A model generated the notes under the pieces. That model made no database searches. It was not told where the DNA came from and saw nothing but the letters and a program-made list of their open reading frames with translations. A stretch of DNA of 64,000 bases, from contig JAPKYS010000023.1 of the NCBI GenBank assembly GCA_026394195.1, forward strand, positions 468,621-532,620. Reading direction: 5' to 3'. The stretch's first letter is position 1; every line of letters starts with the position of its first letter. Made by a program: the position numbers and the translations under genes. The DNA comes from a bacterium (lineage in GTDB: Bacteria; Electryoneota; B3-LCP). Below are positions 1 through 8,292 of this stretch, in pieces.

Positions 1-24
1 ATAATTTAATTCCTGTAATGGGAG

Positions 25-438
25 TTGAACGTGAAGACTAAACTTTATCCAGCAATAACCACACTCATTCTGGTGATTTTCTTTGCCACGGCATTTGCTG
101 CCGGAGTGATCACCAGCTTTGAGGCGCGATCCGAGGGTGATTACGCCTACCTGGAATGGACCTCGGAATCTGAATCCGGTTTGTCAGTTTACCGGGTGGA
201 ACGAAGTCTCGATGCTCTGCAATTCATCTCGGTAGCTGAAGTAGAGCCCACCGGCGACCACTCATCCTACGTGTATGAAGATCACGACCTGGTCAAATCC
301 AGTACGCGTACCTATTACTATCGCATCAATGCGCTGATGAAAGACGGAACCAACAGCTTTAGTTCAGTAAAATCGGTCACCCTGGCTTTTTCCGGTATTC
401 AACAGACCTGGGGGTCGATAAAAGCGCTGTTTAGATAA
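25..438 (+). CDS. Hypothetical secreted or membrane-anchored protein with a fibronectin-III-like beta domain
   Basis: ORF with an N-terminal hydrophobic signal/anchor (LILVIFFATAFAAGV), a YYYRI motif and beta-rich composition. It is followed by an intrinsic terminator. Confidence 0.45.
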   Translation: MNVKTKLYPAITTLILVIFFATAFAAGVITSFEARSEGDYAYLEWTSESESGLSVYRVERSLDALQFISVAEVEPTGDHSSYVYEDHDLVKSSTRTYYYRINALMKDGTNSFSSVKSVTLAFSGIQQTWGSIKALFR

Positions 439-455
439 ACGATTTACTTGCATTA

Positions 456-482
456 AAAGCGGCGAAAGCCGCTTTTTTTTAT
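456..482. terminator. Rho-independent, probably bidirectional terminator
   Basis: Hairpin agcggc-gaaa-gccgct followed by a T8 run. An A-run upstream gives a T-run on the other strand. Confidence 0.6.
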
Positions 483-1285
483 TCTATAACCTCAAACGAG
501 AGCAGGTCTGCCAAGCCGATTGTCCCCTGTTGCGACTTGAATTTTTTCTGTCCGAAGGCGATGAACCACTGGGGAGATCCCGGTAACTGCCTCGTAACTG
601 TTTCCACACCCTCCTGAACGCCTCTGGCAGGATCGGACATGGAATTGCAATAGACCAACGGCACCTTCAACGACTCCCTGTTGCCATCCTTGAAGAGCAC
701 CTCCGTATCGATCCATCGTTTCAACTGCCCAAATTCCAGCACCCGAATTTGCTCAAAAGGAATAAATTCAAAGCTGCTGCCGCGTACGGCTTCCAGGTGC
801 GGACCGATGGTCATATCGGCATCCTGACAATCCGAAAATATGCGAATCTTATTATTGCGGTCTGTCAATCGTACTTGCACAGAAGGAAAGTTGAATCGGC
901 AATTGGCGCTCCATTCTGCCGTCAAACCGTTCGCCATGTAAAGATGAAAGCCCTGCAGTGAATCCTGCCGCCAGTGGCCCCGCTTTAATTCCTTACTAAT
1001 CTTGGTGGGATTCTCGAGTTTCATGCCATCCCAATAATCCAGCCGGGCGCATTCGTAATCGGAGTACCGTAACAGCTCGGTCAAGCCTTTGATCTGCTGT
1101 TGTTCCAGTGGATTTCCCGGGACCAGTAATTGCTTGAAGAGGTGTTGGGCTTCCCGAAAGGCTCCTGAAAAATAATAGGAAAGCGACAGCAGGTATGCCG
1201 CTCCGGTGTGGCGAGGTTCTGCTGTCAACACCTGTTGGAAGTACTTAAACGCATCCTGAAAATGCTTATGGCGGAACTTTTCCAT
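479..1285 (-). CDS. Hypothetical protein with an N-terminal TPR-like region
   Basis: 268-aa ORF. The N-terminus resembles a TPR helix pair (AFKYFQQVLTAEP...AAYLLSLSYYFSGAFREA). The C-terminal part is unknown. There is no alternative in-frame start upstream. Confidence 0.45.
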   Translation of the reverse strand: MEKFRHKHFQDAFKYFQQVLTAEPRHTGAAYLLSLSYYFSGAFREAQHLFKQLLVPGNPLEQQQIKGLTELLRYSDYECARLDYWDGMKLENPTKISKELKRGHWRQDSLQGFHLYMANGLTAEWSANCRFNFPSVQVRLTDRNNKIRIFSDCQDADMTIGPHLEAVRGSSFEFIPFEQIRVLEFGQLKRWIDTEVLFKDGNRESLKVPLVYCNSMSDPARGVQEGVETVTRQLPGSPQWFIAFGQKKFKSQQGTIGLADLLSFEVIE

Positions 1286-1453
1286 TCCGATCTTGATGAG
1301 TTCCGCGACGTCTTGTCGTTCTGCCAGAGTGCTGCCTCGAGTTTATCGCATCATGAATTAAGCCAATATAACCAGCAAAATCAGACAAATCAAATTAATA
1401 TTGCACTTTCTCCCAATTATTGAGATCGTTTTCAGTCTCCCAATTCGACCTGG

Positions 1454-3661
1454 TTAATTCTGCTGAAGCGACAGTGATATTCGCCACTCCCGCAGGGGTG
1501 TCGGAGCAGCATCGACAATGCGATAGGATTGATTGAATAGATTGGTTACGTCGAAACGGCAAGTCAATATCACCTGCTTTCGGTTCAGTGAGAAATCCTG
1601 CCATAGCCCGAAATCCCAAACCTGGTATGGTGATAAGGATTTGGTATTGGCTTCATTGGTAAACCTGCGGCTGACCCAGCGCGCCGTTGCCGTGAGATGA
1701 AGGTACCTGAGGTTCTGCTCCAAGGTAAAAACGGTGTTGTTTACCGGCCGGTAGGGCAATAATCTGCCGTCGGTGTTCGGCTCGTTTGACTGATTGATCG
1801 CATGCATCCAGCGGTGAGTCAGAAAGATATTGTGGGCCCAGTCGCCTTTTCCCAATTGATATTTCCAGATATACTCGATTCCAAAAATACGAGCTTTGCT
1901 TAAATTCAATGGTTTCCACCGATTGTCGAAATCAAGGCGCCAGTAGATCAGGTCCCAAATTTTCCGATCAAAATAGCTGACGCCGAATTCTGCAGACTTG
2001 TATCCCAGAGATGCTGCGATTTCACGATTCTCGGCTCTTTCAGGCTTCAAGTTGGGGTTCCCTTGCGCTTGCAGATCTTCCTGCCAGAATAATGAGTTAA
2101 AAGACGGCAGCCGAAAAGCGCCAGCAGATTCACCGCGCAGCGCAGCCCAGAAGATCTTTCCAGTTTTGACCTCAACCCCAAATCGAGGATAAATAAACAC
2201 TTGCCCGCCGCTGTAGAGATCCGTGCGCACACCGCCGAAGAGACCGGTGTTCACGGGTAGATTCAACTCTTGCAATGGGTTTCCCTGCGCCTGAAAATAA
2301 CCGAATTCATGCAATCGCTCAGCATAACCACCCAAAAGATCAGGTGACCAGAGTCGCTCCAGTCTCGCTCCCGTGCCGAAATTGAGATTCGTCCGTGATT
2401 CGCCCCCCCGACTCCAATCCAGAGAACCGCTGTAAACTTCACCTCGCAAGCTGGAGTTTTTATAAAGCAATGGATACTGTGAACCGTAATCAGTGATACT
2501 ATTCAGACGATAACTCTCACCATGAAGAGTCACTCGAGGCCGGTACCAATTCTCAGCGCCCTTTAGTGAGACATTAAATTCCTGATGATCAGTGGTGGTG
2601 GTGGATTCGTGGACAATTTCAGGCAGAGGCAGATAGTCGGGGTTCTGTCTGCTGGACATGTTTCTGCGATAACTTAGTTCAAGCACGCCCGGTGGATTCA
2701 ATTTAAGGGTCAGGTAATCACGTTGATATTCAGCGTTACTCCTGATCAAGATCTCACCAATGCTGCGCGTGAACAACTCCAAACCATCGTCGGGGACCAC
2801 TCGATACGGATATTTGCCGGTTCCTTCCTGATGCTCGTACATGCTCAGGAATCGCCAATTGGAAACATTCCTGCCGAGGAGAATGCTTCCTGTCTTGTCT
2901 CCATAGTCGGAGTATCCTGTCTTGACCGTCATCCGGTTTCGACCCGGATAAAGAGTAATAATATTTATCACACCTCCAATCGCTTGAGCACTCAGGCTTG
3001 ATGGAGCCTGGGGATAGACTTCGATTTGTTGGATTTCCGACAATGATACCTGTGACAGATCCGCCGTACCATCGCCTGACTCGTTGATGGGGCGCCCGTC
3101 GACTAACACTAAAACCTGGTCGCTGTTGCTGCCGCGCAGGGTTACGCTGCGCTTCCCACCCGGAGATCCATCCGAAGTAATGGTCGCCAGACCATTCTCT
3201 TCGAGGATTTTTCCCAAATCGCTGGTTCCGGTACGGGTGAGAACGTTTCGTCCCAATACGGTGCCGCCGGAAAGATACCCTGCTGAAGGCAGCGCCTTAG
3301 TTTCCACGGTCGTCTCGTCATCCATTTCCAGCACGATAGGAGACAATCGGAACTCCAGGGAAAGTGGGGTATCCGCAGCAAGCAAAACGACTCGACGGGT
3401 GATGGTTTTGTAGCCGATATGCGTTATTTTTAAATCGCAGCCACCCATCGGCAGATTATAAAAATAAAAACGCCCTTCTGCATCGGCTGCAACGCCGAAG
3501 GGCGAACCGTCGATCACGACGTCTGCGCCGGGAAGAGGCAACCCGGTTCGATCATCAAGCACCAGTCCGGAGAGATTTAACAGATTCTGGGCAGCGGCGC
3601 TACAGGCAAAGGCGAGTGCCACACCGATGAATACCAACAATGATTTCATGCGATACGTCAT
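1454..3661 (-). CDS. TonB-dependent outer membrane receptor with an N-terminal carboxypeptidase-regulatory-like domain
   Basis: Signal peptide followed by a CarbopepD-like beta-sandwich (GLVLDDRTGLPLPGADVVIDGS...), then plug-domain motifs (VTLRG, VLVDGRP, IEVYPQAPSSL...AIGGVINIIT) and a 22-strand barrel length. Confidence 0.9.
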   Translation of the reverse strand: MTYRMKSLLVFIGVALAFACSAAAQNLLNLSGLVLDDRTGLPLPGADVVIDGSPFGVAADAEGRFYFYNLPMGGCDLKITHIGYKTITRRVVLLAADTPLSLEFRLSPIVLEMDDETTVETKALPSAGYLSGGTVLGRNVLTRTGTSDLGKILEENGLATITSDGSPGGKRSVTLRGSNSDQVLVLVDGRPINESGDGTADLSQVSLSEIQQIEVYPQAPSSLSAQAIGGVINIITLYPGRNRMTVKTGYSDYGDKTGSILLGRNVSNWRFLSMYEHQEGTGKYPYRVVPDDGLELFTRSIGEILIRSNAEYQRDYLTLKLNPPGVLELSYRRNMSSRQNPDYLPLPEIVHESTTTTDHQEFNVSLKGAENWYRPRVTLHGESYRLNSITDYGSQYPLLYKNSSLRGEVYSGSLDWSRGGESRTNLNFGTGARLERLWSPDLLGGYAERLHEFGYFQAQGNPLQELNLPVNTGLFGGVRTDLYSGGQVFIYPRFGVEVKTGKIFWAALRGESAGAFRLPSFNSLFWQEDLQAQGNPNLKPERAENREIAASLGYKSAEFGVSYFDRKIWDLIYWRLDFDNRWKPLNLSKARIFGIEYIWKYQLGKGDWAHNIFLTHRWMHAINQSNEPNTDGRLLPYRPVNNTVFTLEQNLRYLHLTATARWVSRRFTNEANTKSLSPYQVWDFGLWQDFSLNRKQVILTCRFDVTNLFNQSYRIVDAAPTPLREWRISLSLQQN

Positions 3662-3680
3662 AGTCTCGCACTAAAAAAAA

Positions 3681-5540
3681 TCAATTGGTAAAGTTCCAGG
3701 ATACTCCCCATACTTCCTCCTTGTGCATCATGGTGAATCCTGGTAAGAGTTCATAGTTTCGATCCAGGATATTGTTGACACCCCAGAAAATCTGCACACC
3801 GTACAATCTGGCGCTGATCCTCGCCGATAAGACGAAATCGTTAGGATGCGCCTCCCATCCTCCGGGCACCGGCAGCCAACGTTGTCCCCAGAAATCCCCC
3901 CAGACCTTGAAGCGCAAATCGAGATGGTTTTGGAACGCAGGTTGTCGGTACTGCGTCCAAACGTGCCAGATCACTTCCGGGAAAATTCTCTGTTCTCCCG
4001 AATGAAGCGGCAGATATGAACCTGTCCCTCCGATTTCGATTTGATCTGAAGGTTTTAATCCGACCGAACCTAAAATCCCTTTGGAATCCAGCGAATTGGA
4101 ATTAATCGACCGGATGACATTGCCGTCGACCACCCAGGATATCTGATCCTCTACTCGATAGTGCGCAACGGCAAGATTGCAATCGACGAATCGAGACTTA
4201 ATTTCGCCGCCGAACGAAGCATTGGAATAAGTTTCATTTTTCAAGCTGTGCGTACCCTGTACGTCGAGGCTGGGGTATTGGAAGAAAACGGGGCTATAGG
4301 GCCAATAGTGATCGCTGTGTGTGTAGTCGGCGGACGCTTCCAATCGGGAAGGATTTTGCTGGTGTTGGGATGCCGCTAAAAATAACCTGATCCCTTGATA
4401 GACAGTGAAATCCGTTCGCACGCCCAGATGGCGAGCCGGTGTGAAATCGTCTGATAAATCCAACCCCAAAAAGGTCTGAACGTCCAGAATATCCGAAGCT
4501 CTCCAGACCAAAAAGTTGCTCAGACCGCCGAAGGACGTCGTAGACCAGTTTTGCGATTTCAGACGCCAGCGCGCCAGAGCAGCCTGCAACTTGAGTTCAC
4601 CATCAAACCTGGTTCGACCATATGGGCTTTGCGTGATGACACCCAGCTCTTCCCAGAGATCTTCGCCATTGCTGCCATAGGTATCAATCTGTTGCACGCC
4701 GTAGCCGCGCACAGCATGGGATCGCCAATGCAGCACAGCATCGGTCTCATAGCGTTCGCGCTTGTAGCTTGCAGTCTTGAAGGAAACCTGGGCATTCCTC
4801 CGGTTCTGAGTGACACCCCACCACCCCCAGACCCGGTTTGAATTTTCACTCATCCTGATGCTGTCATGCCAAACGACTTCAGCGCGAAGATTGAGTCCGT
4901 AACCTGCGCTGTGGTACTGTCTCCCGCCATACGTGGATACCTCTCCCCCACCATTCAAGCCAACAGCCGGCGTAATTTTCTCCGCCAGATCGAAATCAAT
5001 ATTTCCCAGTCCGTAGTACCCATCCCGTGCGCCAACATGACTCGATGGGGGTGAATTCTGCAACTCTTTTAATACCACGTCCATCTTCGCACCCGGCGCT
5101 TGAATCGCAAAAGGCTGAAAAATTATATTCGAGAGCGAATGAGGTGGTACCCACCCCAACTCAGGTGATCCTAAAAGAAAATCCCGCAACTCTCTACCCT
5201 TAAAATTGATGCTTAAAACGTCCGGCGACCAACCAAAAAACAAAGCGCGATCCGGTTGAGCATATCCTGCTTGATCCAAGGGGTAGAATCCGGGCATGAC
5301 TCTGATCAGATCGCCGAATTCCTCATAGTCGAAATCAGCGATTTCATCGACGTCAAGTCCAAGCCGAAAAGGTGTCGAATCATTTACGGAGTTGATCAGC
5401 GTACTTTGTGAGCTGTCGATCATGGTGGAATCAGGAATACTTGACTCTAAAATTTGTGAACTGGCTATAACAGCCTGGAAACACAAGAGCGCCAGACACC
5501 AGATTGTACAGTGATCGGGTGTGAATTTGGGATATTTCAT
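3681..5540 (-). CDS. Hypothetical secreted / outer-membrane-associated protein (619 aa)
   Basis: Signal peptide (MKYPKFTPDHCTIWCLALLCFQAVIASSQ) and beta-rich, Trp/Tyr/Gly-rich composition. It sits between the BtuM-like gene and the TonB-dependent receptor in an apparently co-transcribed unit. The start overlaps the upstream gene by 4 nt. Confidence 0.5.
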   Translation of the reverse strand: MKYPKFTPDHCTIWCLALLCFQAVIASSQILESSIPDSTMIDSSQSTLINSVNDSTPFRLGLDVDEIADFDYEEFGDLIRVMPGFYPLDQAGYAQPDRALFFGWSPDVLSINFKGRELRDFLLGSPELGWVPPHSLSNIIFQPFAIQAPGAKMDVVLKELQNSPPSSHVGARDGYYGLGNIDFDLAEKITPAVGLNGGGEVSTYGGRQYHSAGYGLNLRAEVVWHDSIRMSENSNRVWGWWGVTQNRRNAQVSFKTASYKRERYETDAVLHWRSHAVRGYGVQQIDTYGSNGEDLWEELGVITQSPYGRTRFDGELKLQAALARWRLKSQNWSTTSFGGLSNFLVWRASDILDVQTFLGLDLSDDFTPARHLGVRTDFTVYQGIRLFLAASQHQQNPSRLEASADYTHSDHYWPYSPVFFQYPSLDVQGTHSLKNETYSNASFGGEIKSRFVDCNLAVAHYRVEDQISWVVDGNVIRSINSNSLDSKGILGSVGLKPSDQIEIGGTGSYLPLHSGEQRIFPEVIWHVWTQYRQPAFQNHLDLRFKVWGDFWGQRWLPVPGGWEAHPNDFVLSARISARLYGVQIFWGVNNILDRNYELLPGFTMMHKEEVWGVSWNFTN

Positions 5541-6082
5541 GACACGCTCCAGCTTTTGATCCGATTCAGGAAAATGGGTATGATCATGGCAAAGATCATC
5601 GCGTTTGTTGTTATATGCATGGCTGCGAAGGGTATCCCCAGGATCAGAGTAAGCCGGGTCTGTTCCGCGCTGAATCCGGCTGAAATCGGGAAGGAAAGAT
5701 TGGTAAGGAGATCGAAAATGGTGGTCAGAAACGCTCCGAGCGCTCCTAAAAAGAAATGGTAATACCAGGATCCGGATGAGAAATATCTGATTGTGGTGAT
5801 TTTAGAGGCGATTAAACCTCCACAGAAGCCTGTCAGGGTCATGGAGAGCGCCTGTGCGATCAGAAGCGGCGGAGGCGGAAATCCCATCGGGTTGAAGGTC
5901 GAATAGATGGTCTCAGCGACACAGCCGATAATGGAGCCATACAACGGTCCCATGAGTATGCCTGAGAAGAAAATTCCGGCGGTGATCATCTCCAGATTGG
6001 GCACGGGCAGGAATAGATATCCGAGGACCACACAGGTCGCGGTCAACAGCGCGGCGCGAGTTATTTTGTGATGTCTTTTCAA
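5537..6082 (-). CDS. ECF-transporter S-component-like small membrane protein, putative cobalamin transporter (BtuM/CbrT-like)
   Basis: 181 aa with about 5-6 transmembrane helices and a conserved-looking Cys in the GCVAET motif. It lies directly downstream of a cobalamin riboswitch. The start is TTG at 6080-6082. Confidence 0.55.
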   Translation of the reverse strand: MKRHHKITRAALLTATCVVLGYLFLPVPNLEMITAGIFFSGILMGPLYGSIIGCVAETIYSTFNPMGFPPPPLLIAQALSMTLTGFCGGLIASKITTIRYFSSGSWYYHFFLGALGAFLTTIFDLLTNLSFPISAGFSAEQTRLTLILGIPFAAMHITTNAMIFAMIIPIFLNRIKSWSVS

Positions 6083-6087
6083 GATTT

Positions 6088-6285
6088 CTGCAAAAAGAAA
6101 AGGAGCCGAGCAGGCTCCTGAGAGTAGTTCTTCTTAGAACGAACAGAAGAACGTTCTTAGCGCCTTCCCGCGAAGGCTCTCGATTTCCCGTCAGGTGTCT
6201 GGCTCATGCTCCCGAGGAGCAATCACAGTTGCGGGGCAGCGTCGGAATTACACCGTCTTCCCTGATAGTTTCACGGGGAAGTAAT
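6088..6285 (-). promoter_or_regulatory. Cobalamin (B12) riboswitch with an intrinsic-terminator expression platform
   Basis: The minus strand reads cttccccgtgaaactatcaGGGAAgacGGTGtAAtTCCgacgctgCCCCGCAACTGTgattgc...GAGCCAGACACCTGAC (B12 box). It ends in the terminator hairpin ggagcctgctcggctcc plus ttttcttttt, immediately 5' of the 5537-6082 CDS. Confidence 0.8.
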
Positions 6286-6296
6286 TTTAACGAATT

Positions 6297-6644
6297 CTAA
6301 CGGTTGGTCTTCTCCTTGATTCTGGCGGCTTTGCCATGGAGATCACTCAGATAATACAGCTTGGCGCGGCGTACTTTTCCACGTCGTAGCGTCTCGATTT
6401 GGGCAATCCGAGGTGAATGCAACGGGAAGATGCGTTCCACGCCGACTCCGGCAGAAATCTTTCGAACTGTGAACATTTCGTTGATCCCAGCCCCACTCCG
6501 CTGCAAGACGGTCCCCTGGAAGACCTGGATGCGCTCCTTGTCCCCTTCGATGACGCGTACGTGAACTTTGATGGTATCCCCAGCTTTGAATTCAGGTAAG
6601 TCAGTCTTCAATTGCGGAGAAGTAGATAAATGTAGTTCCCGCAT
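6297..6644 (-). CDS. rplS: 50S ribosomal protein L19
   Basis: 115 aa with conserved L19 sequence ([22 protein letters not shown]...). It lies in the conserved rpsP-rimM-trmD-rplS cluster. Confidence 0.95.
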   Translation of the reverse strand: MRELHLSTSPQLKTDLPEFKAGDTIKVHVRVIEGDKERIQVFQGTVLQRSGAGINEMFTVRKISAGVGVERIFPLHSPRIAQIETLRRGKVRRAKLYYLSDLHGKAARIKEKTNR

Positions 6645-6653
6645 GGCGGTCCT

Positions 6654-7370
6654 TTACGATTTATTTTTTTCTTCTATCATCTTTTTCAGGTAACGCTGCC
6701 ACAGATCCGGGCGGCGTTCCCGCGTTGTCTCGATGGCTTTCAAGTCGCGCCAATCTTCGATGCGCTTGTGGTCACCGGAAAGTAATACCTCCGGAACCTG
6801 GTGACCTCTAAAATCTTCCGGACGGGTGTATAGCGGTCCTTCTAACAGACTGGCGGCAAAGCTGTCGGTATTGGCAGATTCGATATCGTTGATCACGCCC
6901 GGAATCAGGCGGGTAACGCCTTCGATCATGATCATGGCCGGCAACTCTCCGCCCGAAAGCACGTAATCGCCAACCGATAACTGCCGATCCACCAATTGGT
7001 CAATAACCCGTTGATCCAGACCTTTATAGCGTCCGCAAATACACAGAATCTGATTTTCTCTGCTCAAATCGGCCAATATCTGCTGATTTAATAGTTCACC
7101 TGATGGTGTGAAATAAATGATTAACGTTTTTTGCGTTCTATCCTTGATGAGTTCTTCCACGGCTTCAAAAACCGGTTCCGGTTTCATAACCATACCCGGT
7201 CCGCCGCCAAAAGGGTAATCATCCACCTGTTGATGCTTGCTTCTCGCCCAGGACCGCAGTTGATAGATATTCAGTTCCAGAAGTCCCTTCTGCAAAGCAC
7301 GCTTGATCAGCGCGTCGGCTTTGAATCCGCTGAAAAGACCGGGGAACAAAGTTACAATATCGATGCGCAT
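6654..7370 (-). CDS. trmD: tRNA (guanine37-N1)-methyltransferase
   Basis: MRIDIVTLFPGLF... TrmD signature and SPOUT fold motifs. Cluster context supports the call. Confidence 0.95.
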   Translation of the reverse strand: MRIDIVTLFPGLFSGFKADALIKRALQKGLLELNIYQLRSWARSKHQQVDDYPFGGGPGMVMKPEPVFEAVEELIKDRTQKTLIIYFTPSGELLNQQILADLSRENQILCICGRYKGLDQRVIDQLVDRQLSVGDYVLSGGELPAMIMIEGVTRLIPGVINDIESANTDSFAASLLEGPLYTRPEDFRGHQVPEVLLSGDHKRIEDWRDLKAIETTRERRPDLWQRYLKKMIEEKNKS

Positions 7371-7384
7371 TCAACCGCTTAAGT

Positions 7385-7903
7385 TCAATCCTGAAGACCA
7401 TCCAGCAAGCGGACGATCATTTTGTTTTGATCCAGATCAATCGTAAGTACGACGTCAGAAATGGCTGGTATTAACAATTCACCGGTTTGCGTCTCTATCT
7501 GATAAATATCATGGTGTGAAAATTCCATCACGTCTTTCAACCGTCCAATTAGGATTCCATCCTCCCCATAAACTTCGATACCGATAAGATCTCTTATGAA
7601 GTATTCATCAATCGGAGGTTTATTCAGTTGTTTTCTCTGAACATAAAGTTCTCTGCCCCGCCAACTTTCAGCCTCTTCAATGCTATCCAATCCTTCCACC
7701 TTGATGGTTGCATATCCTGACGAAATCCGTATGTTGAGGATTTTCAATTTATGCGGTGGTTCATCGCTATGAATAAAGTATAGCGATTTGTACTTCCCAA
7801 GTTCTTCCGGATCACGTGTGTATGGCATGACCCGCAGTTCACCCTTAATTCCAACTGGTCTAATTACCCTGGCAACTTCCACAAATGCGTTAGCGTCTTC
7901 CAT
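7385..7903 (-). CDS. rimM: 16S rRNA processing protein RimM
   Basis: VGIKGELRV motif, PRC barrel and cluster context. Confidence 0.9.
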   Translation of the reverse strand: MEDANAFVEVARVIRPVGIKGELRVMPYTRDPEELGKYKSLYFIHSDEPPHKLKILNIRISSGYATIKVEGLDSIEEAESWRGRELYVQRKQLNKPPIDEYFIRDLIGIEVYGEDGILIGRLKDVMEFSHHDIYQIETQTGELLIPAISDVVLTIDLDQNKMIVRLLDGLQD

Positions 7904-7906
7904 CCT

Positions 7907-8158
7907 TTAGTCACTGCGATTTTGAGAACCATCCATGATCTCCAGGTTGGCTCGCTTTCCCTGCCTTGCGGCTACGGCAGCCAAGAGTGTCCGGAGGGAT
8001 TTGGCGGTACGCCCTTCTTTACCGACAACTCGGCCGATGTCGCTTTCACCCACGGTCAAGCGGAAGAGATAACCCCTCTCATTCTGCTCCTCGTTCACGC
8101 GGACCATGTCGGGGTCTTCCACCAGATGTTTTACGATAAATTCAATAAATTCCTTCAT
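7907..8158 (-). CDS. KH-domain RNA-binding protein (UPF0109/YlqC-like)
   Basis: GRVVGKEGRTAKSLRTL KH motif, 83 aa, between rpsP and rimM. Confidence 0.85.
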   Translation of the reverse strand: MKEFIEFIVKHLVEDPDMVRVNEEQNERGYLFRLTVGESDIGRVVGKEGRTAKSLRTLLAAVAARQGKRANLEIMDGSQNRSD

Positions 8159-8292
8159 TGCTGACTCCGGTTATTCCCTGATGCTGGTGCAACTGGATAT
8201 TTCCTGTTTTGGCAATGCGTGTAAATGCTCTCCCCCTGCAGGACGCAAACCCTCTATAAACCTATTCCTGCCGGGCTCCATCAAATCCGGCG

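Noticed and set aside
6083-6296. Possibility that the rplS-ECF gene spacer is only a promoter
   Set aside because: The sequence matches the cobalamin riboswitch consensus in several independent elements, so it is annotated as a riboswitch rather than a plain intergenic promoter.
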